A DNA stretch of 64,000 bases from Candidatus Eiseniibacteriota bacterium (GCA_965224245.1 OZ245046.1:2720001-2784000); one strand, 5' to 3'; counted from the first letter of the stretch, positions 27,984 through 38,104 are shown. A program made the numbers and translations. The notes: generated from the letters alone by a model not told the origin.

Positions 27984-29155
27984 GGCGACGCGCTCTCGGC
28001 CGTGACGCCGGCAGTCGCATCCTCCCGGTCCCCACCGTCGGTCACCGGGGCATCGCCGGTCGTGGCGTCGGCCCCGGGGACCGCATCGAGATCCACGACC
28101 TCCACGCGCGCTCCCTCCTTCAGCCCCGCCTGTCCGGCGACCACGACTCGTTGCCCCGCCTCGAATCCGGCACGCGGCTCCACGTTGTCGGTGTCGGAGA
28201 GAACCGGCTCCACCCGGACGCGCTCGACGGTGTCCTCGCCGGTGAGGCGGTACACGAACGTCAGGTCGTTCTCGTAGACGAGGGCACGCTTGGGAACGAG
28301 GAGCGCCGCGTCGTTCACGGCGGTGACGATGCCCACGTCGACGAACATGCCGGGACGGAGCGCGCCCTGCGCGCCGACCGCCACCGTGATCTTGATCGTT
28401 CCACTGGATGGATCGACGATCGGCGAGATACGGAGCACCGACCCCCTCACCGGCGCGTCGGCGGCCACCCGGGCCCGGACGCGGGCATCGAGGCCTTGCC
28501 GCAGCTCCGGCAGGTGGCGCTCGGGCACGTAGACCCTGGCCACCAGGGATTCGAAGTCGATGATCTCGAACAGCTCCTGGCCCACCTGGACCTGGTCGCC
28601 CAGACGAACGAAGCGCTGGGTGATGGTGCCGCCGATCGGCGCCCGCACCTCGGTGTACGAGAGCGCACGCGCGGCGTCGTCCACGGCGAGCCTCTGCTGC
28701 TCGAACGCGTACCGCGCATCGGTGTAGGCACGATCGCTCGTCAGCCCGTCGGCGTGCAGGCGCTTCTGTCGCTGGTACTCGCTCTCGAGCTTGGCCAGCT
28801 GCGTCTCGGCCTGGGCCAGCGCGCTCTGCTGCTCGTCGTCCTGGAGCCGGAGGAGCAGATCGCCGGCGGCCACGTGATCGCCCTCCTCCACGAGCACGGC
28901 GGTCACGCGCCGCGCGGCCTCGGCGTGGACGCGCACCTGAGCCTCGGCCTCGAGGGTGGCCGACGCTCTCAGCACCTTCTCCAGTGGGCCGCGGGTGATC
29001 ACGGCGACCTCGACCGGCACCGCCTCCACGTCTTCGGCGGTGGTCGAGTCGGCGCCGGCGGCGTCGCCGTCGCTCTCGTCCGCGCCGTCTCCGCGCTCGC
29101 AGCCGACCCAGATGGCCAGCGCCAGGACTCCGAACAGAACGCGACGCGATGACAT
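27980..29155 (-). CDS. RND efflux periplasmic adaptor (lipoprotein MFP)
   Basis: Lipobox-like WVGC after ATG 29155; 'VLVEEGDHVAAGDLL', 'VRAPIGGTI', 'LRPGMFV'. Confidence 0.88.
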   Translation of the reverse strand: MSSRRVLFGVLALAIWVGCERGDGADESDGDAAGADSTTAEDVEAVPVEVAVITRGPLEKVLRASATLEAEAQVRVHAEAARRVTAVLVEEGDHVAAGDLLLRLQDDEQQSALAQAETQLAKLESEYQRQKRLHADGLTSDRAYTDARYAFEQQRLAVDDAARALSYTEVRAPIGGTITQRFVRLGDQVQVGQELFEIIDFESLVARVYVPERHLPELRQGLDARVRARVAADAPVRGSVLRISPIVDPSSGTIKITVAVGAQGALRPGMFVDVGIVTAVNDAALLVPKRALVYENDLTFVYRLTGEDTVERVRVEPVLSDTDNVEPRAGFEAGQRVVVAGQAGLKEGARVEVVDLDAVPGADATTGDAPVTDGGDREDATAGVTAESASP

Positions 29156-29323
29156 GGCGGCCCTCTCCGCTCGTGTGGCGATCCCGGGTGTTCGTCCCTC
29201 GCCGTCTGCGCGATGACGCACACGCTTCGCACTTCGAACCCGGACAGGATACTCTCTTGGACGTCTCGGACCAACGACGCCGACCGTCGCTGGTCGACCC
29301 ATCGCCGTGACGGGGGACTGACG

Positions 29324-31156
29324 ATGAGACTCATTCCGCTCGACGACTTCTTTCGCAATCCCGAACGCGCGTCGATGCGCCTCTCGCCAGACGGCCGCCA
29401 TCTCGCGTATCTCGCACCGTGGAAGAGCCGCCTGAACGTTCACGTCCGTCCGTTCGAGGGCGGGGACGAGATCCGTCTGTCGTCGGTCACCGATCGCGAC
29501 GTGCCCGGATGCGTGTGGGCGAACGACCGATGCGTCGTGTACACGCGCGACACCGGCGGAGACGAGAACTTCCACGCATACGCCGTGGACGTCAACGAGC
29601 GTGTCGAGCGCCATCTGACGCCGTTCGACGGGGTCAAGGTCTCGATCGTCGACATCCTCGAGGACGACGAGGATCACGTGCTGATCTCGATGAACCGGCG
29701 CGATCCTCAGCACTTCGACGTGTACCGTCTTCACGTCACCACCGGCGAGCTCACACGGGTGGCCGAGAACCCGGGCGGGGTCGTGGACTGGCTGACCGAC
29801 AATGCCGGTCGTGTCCGCGTTGCGATCCAGACGGACGGCGTCTCCACGGCACTGCTGTACCGGTCCGACGAGACCGGTGACTTTCGCGAGATCGTTCGCA
29901 CCGACTTCAAGGACAGCATCACCCCGCTCGCGTTCACGTTCGACGATCGAGCCCTGGTGGTGTCGTCGAACCTCGGCCGCGACCGGAGGACCATCAGCCT
30001 GTTCGATCCGGAGACGGCGACGCCGGGAGAGCTCATCTTCGAGCACGACGAGGTGGACGTCGAGAACATCCTGCGATCGAAGAGGCGGAAGCGGCTGCTG
30101 GGCGTGTGGTTCGTCACCGATCGGCTGCATTACCACTTCTTCGACGACGAACGCGCCGCCCTCCATCGGCGCATCGCGAGCGCGCTGCCCGGCGACGACG
30201 TGCACGTGGTGAGCAAGTCCCGGGACGAGACACGATACGTGCTCCGGTCGGCCGGCGATCGGTCCCTGGGTACGTATTACACGCTCGACGATCGGGACGG
30301 CACGGGAAGCGCGACGCCGGTGAAGCTCGTGGACGTCGCGCCCTGGCTCCGGCGCGACGAGCTGTGCGAGATGACACCGGTCGCGTACGACGCCCGGGAC
30401 GGGCGCCGCATTCACGGCTACCTGACGCTGCCGCGAGACGTCGCGCGCCCCGTGCCCGTGGTCGTGAACCCGCACGGCGGTCCCTGGGCCCGCGACGTCT
30501 GGGGCTTCTCGGCCGACGTGCAGTTCCTGGCCAACCGGGGCTACGCGGTCCTGCAGGTCAACTTCCGGGGCTCGATCGGCTACGGTCGCGACTTCTGGGA
30601 GGCCGGATTCCGGCAGTGGGGGCGCGCGATGCAGGACGACGTGACCGACGGCGTGCGGTGGCTCGTCGACGAGGGAGTCGCCGACCCGACTCGCATCGGG
30701 ATATACGGCGCCTCGTACGGTGGTTACGTCGTCCTGGCCGGCCTCGCGTTCACGCCGGAGCTCTACGCGTGCGGTGTGGACTACGTGGGCGTCTCGAACC
30801 TCTTCACGTTGCTCGCCACGCTGCCCCCGTACTGGGAGCCGCTTCGGGACATGATGTACGAGATGATCGGCCACCCCGAGAAGGACAGCGAGCTCCTGCG
30901 GGCGGTGTCACCGGTGTTCCACGCCGACGCGATCCGATCGCCGCTCCTGGTTGCACAGGGCGCCAACGATCCGCGCGTCAAGCAATCGGAGTCGGATCAG
31001 ATCGTGGCCGCGCTCCGGGCCCGGAACGTCGACGTGACGTACATCGTCAAGGACGACGAGGGGCACGGCTTCCAGAACGAGGAGAACCGGTTCGAGCTGT
31101 ACCGCGAGATCGAGCGCTTCCTCGGCGAGCATCTGGGCGGGCGCGTCACCGACTGA
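29324..31156 (+). CDS. S9 family prolyl oligopeptidase / acylaminoacyl peptidase
   Basis: Propeller N-terminus 'LSPDG'; 'NPHGGPW', 'NFRGS.GYG', nucleophile GASYGG, 'QGANDPRV', 'DEGHGF'. Confidence 0.93.
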   Translation: MRLIPLDDFFRNPERASMRLSPDGRHLAYLAPWKSRLNVHVRPFEGGDEIRLSSVTDRDVPGCVWANDRCVVYTRDTGGDENFHAYAVDVNERVERHLTPFDGVKVSIVDILEDDEDHVLISMNRRDPQHFDVYRLHVTTGELTRVAENPGGVVDWLTDNAGRVRVAIQTDGVSTALLYRSDETGDFREIVRTDFKDSITPLAFTFDDRALVVSSNLGRDRRTISLFDPETATPGELIFEHDEVDVENILRSKRRKRLLGVWFVTDRLHYHFFDDERAALHRRIASALPGDDVHVVSKSRDETRYVLRSAGDRSLGTYYTLDDRDGTGSATPVKLVDVAPWLRRDELCEMTPVAYDARDGRRIHGYLTLPRDVARPVPVVVNPHGGPWARDVWGFSADVQFLANRGYAVLQVNFRGSIGYGRDFWEAGFRQWGRAMQDDVTDGVRWLVDEGVADPTRIGIYGASYGGYVVLAGLAFTPELYACGVDYVGVSNLFTLLATLPPYWEPLRDMMYEMIGHPEKDSELLRAVSPVFHADAIRSPLLVAQGANDPRVKQSESDQIVAALRARNVDVTYIVKDDEGHGFQNEENRFELYREIERFLGEHLGGRVTD

Positions 31157-31193
31157 CACCGAGCACGCCGGACCGAGGTCGCGGCGTGCCGGG

Positions 31194-33008
31194 TCAGCGA
31201 ATCACGTCCAGGCGCGTGACCTGGTGTCCGTCCTCGCCGTCCACGCGCAGGAAGTACGGCCCGTTGGCCACGCGATGACCGCGCGCGTCGCGCCCGTCCC
31301 ACCGGAGGGCGTGCGGTCCCCCGTCACCACCGGACACCGATGCGACGTCGAGCACGCGCACCCGCCGACCGCGGACGTCGGTCACGATCGCCCGCGTGAT
31401 CGAGACGCCGGGCGCGATCGGAACCACGACGCTGCCCGAGAGCGGGTTCGGGAACGGCGCGCCCACGATCACCGGCTCACCGCCGGAGGGGACGGACACG
31501 ATCTCCGCCCCTGCGTACAGGTAGACGGCGCCCGCGTTGGTGATCTCGGCGTCGACGTCGCGACCGGGCGCCCCGAGCACGAGATCGAAGCTCGAGTCGA
31601 GGGTCAGGTCGCGAACCGATCCCACCGCGGTCCCCAGCTCGTCGCCGGCGTCGGATCCGATGTACTGCCGCGTGGCCACGGACGTGAGCGTGCCGCTGGG
31701 CGGGAGCGCACCGTTCTGGCCGAGCACGAGATACGCCGAACCCGCGCCGCTGCGTCCCGCCGGATCATCCCCCGGGGCTCCGACCAGCAGGTCGGCGATC
31801 GTGTCGCCGTCGAAGTCGCCGGCGTACCCGACCGCGAAGCCCGCGAAGTCACCGGCGCTGTCACCGGTGAGAATGCTCGCCGCATCGGTGAGCGCGTCGA
31901 GCACGACCGGCATCGTGACCTCGCCTCCGCCGAACACGTAGACGCGACCGGCATAGCCGCCGTCCTCGTCGTTGTACGGCGCACCGACCACGATGTCGCC
32001 GTCACCGTCGTCGTCCATGTCGGGCAGCACGATCACACTGTGACCGAAGCCGTCGTTGCTGGTGGCGCCCAGGAGTGCGAAGTCGAAGTCGTTCGGTCCG
32101 TCGATCACGTCGGACGGTCCCCACGAGGCGGCGCCCAGGAAGCCGTACACGGTGCCGTTGTTGAACCGGCCCGCGGTGTCCTGCCCCGGCGCACCCACGA
32201 GGAGGTCGTCGATGAAGTCGCCGTTGATGTCACCCATCGCGATGCTCTGTCCGAAGCCCGACGCCACCTGCGTGCCGCGGATGTGCACGTCGGCGTCGGC
32301 GGGATCGAGGGTGAGGCCGCTGGTCAATGACGCGCTTCCGAAGAACACGAAGACCTCACCGGACGAGACCACGGGCGTCTGACCGAGAGGCGCACCGACG
32401 ACGATGTCCTCGATGCCGTCGTCGTTGAAGTCGCCCGAGATGTCCACGGCCCAGCCGAGGTGATCCTCGACGTCCTGCCCGTCGATCGTCAGATCGGCAT
32501 CGGACACCATGTCGGTGCCGGAGCGCGTCTCGTCCCCGAAGAAGATCCGAACCTGGCCCGCGTCGAACAACCCGCCGCCGTCCACCGACCAGCCGCCGAT
32601 GGCCAGGTCGGGTATGCCGTCGTCGTTGACGTCGCCGCGCCCCGAGAGCCCGAACGCCATCGACCCTTCGGTCTCCGAGCCGTACACCTGGTAGTCCGCC
32701 AGGTTCATCGGGAAGACGCCCGTGGTCACGTTCGCGTCGAAGACGAACGCGGTGCCCGCTTCCTGGGACCCGAGGGGATCGGCCAGGTAGGCCCCAATGA
32801 CGAGCGCGGATCGTCCCGCGCCGAAAAAGCCGTCCACCGCGGCCAGCGACGACCCGGCGCTGGCGCCGTCCTCGCCGCTCTCGTACCGACTGTCGGCGCC
32901 GACGACGTCCACGACGTCGGCGCGGGCGGCGCCGACGGTGAGCATCAGCGCCACTGCGAGAACCGACCGTCCGGCGCCGCCCCCGGCGACGTTGGACACC
33001 ATCGGCAT
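31194..33008 (-). CDS. Secreted FG-GAP (integrin-alpha propeller) repeat protein with FlgD-like CTD
   Basis: About seven repeats (GDVNDDGIPDLAIG, GDFNDDGIEDIVVGAP, GDINGDFIDDLLVGAP, GDFDGDTIADLLVGAP); CTD 'PFPNP...DVRGRRVR...WDGRDARG...GPYFLRV'. Confidence 0.85.
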   Translation of the reverse strand: MPMVSNVAGGGAGRSVLAVALMLTVGAARADVVDVVGADSRYESGEDGASAGSSLAAVDGFFGAGRSALVIGAYLADPLGSQEAGTAFVFDANVTTGVFPMNLADYQVYGSETEGSMAFGLSGRGDVNDDGIPDLAIGGWSVDGGGLFDAGQVRIFFGDETRSGTDMVSDADLTIDGQDVEDHLGWAVDISGDFNDDGIEDIVVGAPLGQTPVVSSGEVFVFFGSASLTSGLTLDPADADVHIRGTQVASGFGQSIAMGDINGDFIDDLLVGAPGQDTAGRFNNGTVYGFLGAASWGPSDVIDGPNDFDFALLGATSNDGFGHSVIVLPDMDDDGDGDIVVGAPYNDEDGGYAGRVYVFGGGEVTMPVVLDALTDAASILTGDSAGDFAGFAVGYAGDFDGDTIADLLVGAPGDDPAGRSGAGSAYLVLGQNGALPPSGTLTSVATRQYIGSDAGDELGTAVGSVRDLTLDSSFDLVLGAPGRDVDAEITNAGAVYLYAGAEIVSVPSGGEPVIVGAPFPNPLSGSVVVPIAPGVSITRAIVTDVRGRRVRVLDVASVSGGDGGPHALRWDGRDARGHRVANGPYFLRVDGEDGHQVTRLDVIR

Positions 33009-33131
33009 CTTTGCTAGAATCACCGGGCCTCCACGGGATGTGACGCACGACGTAAGCTGCGTTGCACTGCGACGAATCATACACCACGTGCGCGGGACGC
33101 GACACGTGGGAAGCCGACCACGGAGCATCCG

Positions 33132-34859
33132 ATGCGTTTCAGAGCAGCCTGGCTCGTTTCGACCATCTCGTTTTTTGGTGCCATCGCACCCGCATCCGCG
33201 TTCGATCCCGAGTACGCCACGCATCCCCTCGGAATCGTGGATCTCCGGGAGTTCGACGGCGTGGCCGAGCTCGGAGGGCACTGGATGCGCGTTCCGCTCG
33301 ACTGGCGCTACATCGAGCCGGTCGACGACGAGTTCAACTGGAACAGCGCGCTCACGACGTGGCTGGACGAGATGGACGCGCGCAGCATCAACGCGTCGTG
33401 CGTGGTCGCCATCGGGCAGATGTGGGCCAGCGGATACCCCGACGGCAAGGGCGAGTGGCCGTCGTCACCGCCGGTCGATCTCCAAACCACGTTCGACCCC
33501 GTGTTCGGCTACAGCGAGACATACTACGACTTCATCTTCAACGTCTGCACGTTCTACCGCGATCGAATCGATCGCCTGACGATCGAGAACGAGGTCAACA
33601 CCCAGGAGTTCTGGGTGGGAACCATGGACGAGTACCGTCGCGTGCTCGCCACCGCGGCCAAGGCGGTCGAGGACGCCGCGCCGGAGATCCTCGTGTTCGA
33701 CAGCGGTCTCGGTAGCGGCTCGTGGGGCGCGGCGGCGGCGGAGTGGATGCACCGGAGCGGCGACTACACCGAGGACGAGGTCCTCGCGTTCGTGAACGAG
33801 TACTACGAGTACGACGTCTTCGCGCCGTTCCAGTTCAACGACTACCAGGAGCTCATCTTCTGGCTGCAGCAGCCGTTCGTGCAGCACAACAACAAGCACG
33901 TCAGGTACATCCTGGCCACCGTGCCTCCGTACATCGACGGCATGAACTTCAAGTTCACCGAGAGCCACTGGCTCCTGCCGCCCCTCGTCGACTGGATGGA
34001 CGCGCAGCTCGCCGACTTCGGGTACAGCGTGCCATTGAAGATCAACAACGAGGGATCGAACTGGCCGCGCGCCACGGAGTTCGACGAGGGTCGCAACCTG
34101 TTCAAGCTGGTCGTCATGTCGCTGTCCAAGGGCGTCGAGCAGACGCTGTGGTTTCCGTACTCCAACGAGACGACATCCACGCCGCGACGCGGCCTCTACG
34201 ACGAGACGGGCGCCCGGACCAAGCAGGCCGACGCGTTCGAGAACCTCTGCCTGCGACTGGGCACCGAGTATCGGTTCACCGCACACGACTCGCTCGACGC
34301 CAACGTGCTGCGCTACCGGTTCGCGCGGGAGTCCGATACCGAGCCCACGATGGACGTCATGTGGTGGGACGACGGCGGGCATGGTCCGGGAACCCAGACG
34401 GTCACGTACGCGCTGCCTGAAGGCACCGAGTCCATCACGCGGTTCGATTACGACGGCGCGTGGACGACGATCGACGTGACCGGAGACTCCTTGACCACGC
34501 AGGTCAGCCACATCGGACGCATCTACGTGTACGAGCAGGCCGGGGCCAGCACGCCCGACGTGCCCGGCATCACCCGCGCCAGCGTCGGACAGAACCAGCC
34601 CAACCCGTTCAATCCCCGCACGACGATCGAGATTCGCGTGCAATCTCCCGTGCGGTCGGCGAGCCTGATCATCGCCGATGCGCGCGGTCGCGAGGTGCGC
34701 TCGATCCCGCTGGCCGATCCGCTCGGCGCGGGCGCGCACACCGTGGCGTGGGACGGCCGCGACGGCGCCGGCCATGCGCTGCCGAGCGGAACGTACTTCT
34801 ATAGGCTGCAGCACGTGGACGGAACATCCTCCCCCAAGCGGGCGGTCATGATCCGCTAG
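33132..34859 (+). CDS. Secreted clan GH-A-like (GH39/GH5-type TIM barrel) glycoside hydrolase with FlgD-like CTD
   Basis: Signal peptide ending ASA; 'WMRVPLDWRYIEP...FNW'; acid/base 'IENEVN'; candidate nucleophile 'INNEG'; 'RGLYD...KQA'; CTD 'QNQPNPFNPRTTI...WDGRDGAG...PSGTYFYRL'. Extended -10 TGCTAGAAT at 33012-33020. Confidence 0.7.
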   Translation: MRFRAAWLVSTISFFGAIAPASAFDPEYATHPLGIVDLREFDGVAELGGHWMRVPLDWRYIEPVDDEFNWNSALTTWLDEMDARSINASCVVAIGQMWASGYPDGKGEWPSSPPVDLQTTFDPVFGYSETYYDFIFNVCTFYRDRIDRLTIENEVNTQEFWVGTMDEYRRVLATAAKAVEDAAPEILVFDSGLGSGSWGAAAAEWMHRSGDYTEDEVLAFVNEYYEYDVFAPFQFNDYQELIFWLQQPFVQHNNKHVRYILATVPPYIDGMNFKFTESHWLLPPLVDWMDAQLADFGYSVPLKINNEGSNWPRATEFDEGRNLFKLVVMSLSKGVEQTLWFPYSNETTSTPRRGLYDETGARTKQADAFENLCLRLGTEYRFTAHDSLDANVLRYRFARESDTEPTMDVMWWDDGGHGPGTQTVTYALPEGTESITRFDYDGAWTTIDVTGDSLTTQVSHIGRIYVYEQAGASTPDVPGITRASVGQNQPNPFNPRTTIEIRVQSPVRSASLIIADARGREVRSIPLADPLGAGAHTVAWDGRDGAGHALPSGTYFYRLQHVDGTSSPKRAVMIR

Positions 34860-34971
34860 CGCGGCTCACGGACCCGCCGCGGGCACGGAATCGCTTTTCC
34901 AGCCGAACCGATGCGCGCTAGACTGTGATCAGCTCGACCCCGGGCGACGTCGAAACGCGAGGTCATCGACG

Positions 34972-35751
34972 ATGTTCGGCACGTGGGATCGTCCCCGAGA
35001 CCGGCGGCGGGCCCTCCTCCCCTCCGAGGGCCCCGGGCTCCGTGCGCGGCTCGCGATCATCGGCAGTCTCTGGCTCGCGTGCATGCCGGCCGCAGATGCG
35101 GCCGCGGACGCAAATGCGCACGCGGACGAGCTCCCGCACTACACCCTCGACATCGACTTCGCGTGGGCCGATTACGGCGGATGCGGCGACGGCTCGGTGG
35201 TCGCGGACGCCGCCTGCGGGGACCTCGTGGAGAACGCACCCGCCGACCCCACCGGACCTCGCATCGCCAGCATCGTGCTCGGTGGCGTCCGTGATCGGCA
35301 GGCCGACGGGGCCTACGGTCTCGGGGCCATCCAGTTCGGCCTGCGCTACGACGTCTCGCTGGGCTCGGCGGCCTGGACGCTCTGCACGGGCGGGGCCGAG
35401 GCCCCCGATCTCGACTGGCCCCACAGCGGCACCGGCAATCGCGTGGTCATGACCGGCGGGTGTCTCGACGGCACCGAGCACGGCCTCGTGCGACTGGGGT
35501 TCCTCACGCTCGGACAGGACGCATCCGGCGTCCTCAACGTCGTGGGCGATCCGCGCGACGGCGATCGCGCATGGGTCTGGGACTGCAGCGCGATGCCGGC
35601 CGACATCTGCAAGAACCTGCTCGGATGGGGCGACGTCACCGCCGGTGGCACGTCCGGAAACTCCGTCTGCGGCGAGCGCTGTGAGCTGGTCGGCGTACCT
35701 CCGGAGGTCACGACCTCCTGGGGAACGATCAAGTCCCTCTACCGGAAGTGA
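34972..35751 (+). CDS. Cys-rich secreted hypothetical protein ending in a TSWGTIKSLYRK tail
   Basis: Signal-peptide-like N-terminus, about ten Cys, and C-terminal 'EVTTSWGTIKSLYRK'. Start uncertain. Confidence 0.7.
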   Translation: MFGTWDRPRDRRRALLPSEGPGLRARLAIIGSLWLACMPAADAAADANAHADELPHYTLDIDFAWADYGGCGDGSVVADAACGDLVENAPADPTGPRIASIVLGGVRDRQADGAYGLGAIQFGLRYDVSLGSAAWTLCTGGAEAPDLDWPHSGTGNRVVMTGGCLDGTEHGLVRLGFLTLGQDASGVLNVVGDPRDGDRAWVWDCSAMPADICKNLLGWGDVTAGGTSGNSVCGERCELVGVPPEVTTSWGTIKSLYRK

Positions 35752-35884
35752 GCGCGCCCCGATGGCGGCCGGGCTCTCTCGGTCCCCGTTCCCCGAAAAA
35801 GGGCTTTCCCTGGCCCATCGCCCCCGCTAGGCTGTCCCGCGCAGTTTCGCGTGACGTTCGTCCACCCCGTGCCCTCGCGCACGC

Positions 35885-37882
35885 GTGAAGGATCCGACCA
35901 TCCGGTTCATCAAGACCTCACTGAAGAAGCTCCTCGGCCGCGAGGACACCTCTCCGGACGACTCCCCCCGGTCCGCTCCCCCGCGTGCGGCGAGGCCCGC
36001 GCGTGACCGGCGTTCGTCGGGCGGACGCGCGGAGGACACACGATCCGACGCCCGGACCGCCGACCCGACCGGCGACTCCGGCGGCGCGACGCGCAAGCGA
36101 CGCCGCCGGCGGCGCCGGCGCGGTGCGCGGACCGGCGACGCGGAAGCCGCGACCGAGGCCGGCGGGCGCCCGGACGGCCCCGCTCGCGCCGAGCAGCGCG
36201 AGGACGACGCCGACCCCCGTCCCCACGAGACGGCGCGCGAAGGCCGCGACTCCGCCGAGCGCCCCGCGGCCGGCGCGCGTGCCGGCGACCCCGCGGAGCC
36301 GAGCGCCTCCGGCGATCCCGGCCCGGAATCGTCCCGGGAGGGCCCCGACGGCCGCCGCGAGCCCGACGCCGCGCGTGAGACTCCCCAGGGCGCCCCCGAG
36401 CCGGTCCCCCTCGAGGACATCACGATGAGCGACCTCGATCCACGGGTCCGGGCCGCGGCGCAGTCGATGGGCTGGAGTGAGCTCATGCCGGTTCAGTCAC
36501 GTGCCATTCCGTACCTCCGGAACCGGCGCGACGTGATGGTGCAGTCCCGCACCGGCAGCGGAAAGACCGGCGCGTTCATCATCCCGATGCTCGAAGAGAT
36601 CGATACGTCGGTGAAGGCCTGCCAGGCGCTCGTCCTCGTACCCACGCGGGAGCTCGCACGGCAGGTCGGCGAAGAGGCCGAGAAGCTGGGGAGCGGGCTC
36701 GACGTCACGACCCTCGCCGTCTACGGCGGCGTCGCGTACGGCCCGCAGCTGGCCATGCTCGAGCGCGGCGCGCACATCGTCGTCGGAACCCCGGGTCGGA
36801 TACTCGATCACCTGATGCGCGGCCGCCTGGAACTGGCGCAGCTGCGCGTGTTCGTCATGGACGAGGCCGATCGTATGCTGTCGATGGGGTTCTACCCCGA
36901 CATGGTGGCCATTCGACGCTACCTGCCTGTGCGGCGATCCTCCCACATGTTCTCGGCCACGTACCCGGGGCGCGTGAAGAACCTCGCGCATCAGTTCCTG
37001 AGCGACCCCGAGTTCGTGAGCCTCAGCCACGGGCACGAGCACGTGGCCGAGACCGAGCACGTCTACTACGAAGTGCCGAAGATGGAGAAGCACAAGATCC
37101 TCGTCGACCTGATCGAGATCGAGGATCCCGAATCCGCCATCATCTTCACGAACACCCGCGATGCGGTGAACTTCGTCAGCGTCGTGCTGCAGCGCTGCGG
37201 CATCGACGCCGACCAGCTGAGCGCGAACCTCACACAGTCGGCGCGCGAGAACGTGCTGTCACGCGTCTACAACAAGGAGCTGCGCGTCCTGGTGGCCACG
37301 GACGTCGCCGCGCGCGGCATCGACATCTCGAACCTGTCTCACGTCTTTCTCTACGACTTCCCCGAGGACCCCGAGTCGTACATCCATCGCACGGGCCGAA
37401 CCGGACGCGCCGGAGCCAGCGGCACGGCGATCTCGCTGGTGGACGTGCTGGAGCTGATGCGACTGAAGGAGGTCGAGCGCCAGTTCAACGTCACGATCAC
37501 TCGACGCGAGCTGCCGCGACCCGAGGACGTCGAGCGCGCCGTCGGCACGCGTGCCACGCGGGCGCTGGCCGCAGAGCTGCGCGAGACCGACAAGCTGGGG
37601 CGCGACCGACTTCCTCGCATGATCCCGATCGCGCGCCGGCTTCTCGAGGACGACGAAGACGCCCTTCTGCTCGCGATGCTCCTGGATCGCCACTACCAGG
37701 GCGTGGTCAACCCGTCGGCATCCAAGGATCGTGCATCGGGTGCCGGATCCGGATCCGCATCGAGCGATCGATCGCGCGAGGACCGGCGTTCGTCCCGCGG
37801 CTCCGGCTCGGCGAGGTCCGCCGGCGCACGCCGATCCGGACGCTCGGGTGGCTCATCTCGATCGGGCCGCCGCCGCGGCTGA
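35885..37882 (+). CDS. DEAD-box ATP-dependent RNA helicase with long disordered termini
   Basis: Q-motif 'MPVQ', TGSGKT, PTRELA, GG, TPGR, DEAD, SAT, 'TDVAARGIDI', 'HRTGRTGRAG'. About 175 aa of low-complexity N-terminus and an RS/RG-rich tail. Confidence 0.92.
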   Translation: MKDPTIRFIKTSLKKLLGREDTSPDDSPRSAPPRAARPARDRRSSGGRAEDTRSDARTADPTGDSGGATRKRRRRRRRRGARTGDAEAATEAGGRPDGPARAEQREDDADPRPHETAREGRDSAERPAAGARAGDPAEPSASGDPGPESSREGPDGRREPDAARETPQGAPEPVPLEDITMSDLDPRVRAAAQSMGWSELMPVQSRAIPYLRNRRDVMVQSRTGSGKTGAFIIPMLEEIDTSVKACQALVLVPTRELARQVGEEAEKLGSGLDVTTLAVYGGVAYGPQLAMLERGAHIVVGTPGRILDHLMRGRLELAQLRVFVMDEADRMLSMGFYPDMVAIRRYLPVRRSSHMFSATYPGRVKNLAHQFLSDPEFVSLSHGHEHVAETEHVYYEVPKMEKHKILVDLIEIEDPESAIIFTNTRDAVNFVSVVLQRCGIDADQLSANLTQSARENVLSRVYNKELRVLVATDVAARGIDISNLSHVFLYDFPEDPESYIHRTGRTGRAGASGTAISLVDVLELMRLKEVERQFNVTITRRELPRPEDVERAVGTRATRALAAELRETDKLGRDRLPRMIPIARRLLEDDEDALLLAMLLDRHYQGVVNPSASKDRASGAGSGSASSDRSREDRRSSRGSGSARSAGARRSGRSGGSSRSGRRRG

Positions 37883-38104
37883 CATCCGCCCTTCGCATCT
37901 CGGCACCCGCACCGACCGGCTCCAATGACGCGCTGAAGCGCGCTTCTCGCGCGACGATCGCATGCCGCGCTCACGGCCCGGCCGGCGCTCTCCGTTAACT
38001 ACCAATGACGATGGTCGATCCCTTCTCGCCTCGTCATCGACCTCGTCGGCTATCGAATGCGATCCGGCCGGGATCGTTCCTGCGATCGTGAAGGGAGACA
38101 AGCC

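Noticed and set aside
29156-30874. N-terminal extension of the 964-aa MFP ORF
   Set aside because: It is antisense to the S9 peptidase; the MFP lipoprotein signal begins at 29155.
34881-34895. GGCACGGAATCGCT as a sigma54 promoter
   Set aside because: The GG-to-GC spacing is 9 nt rather than the required 10.
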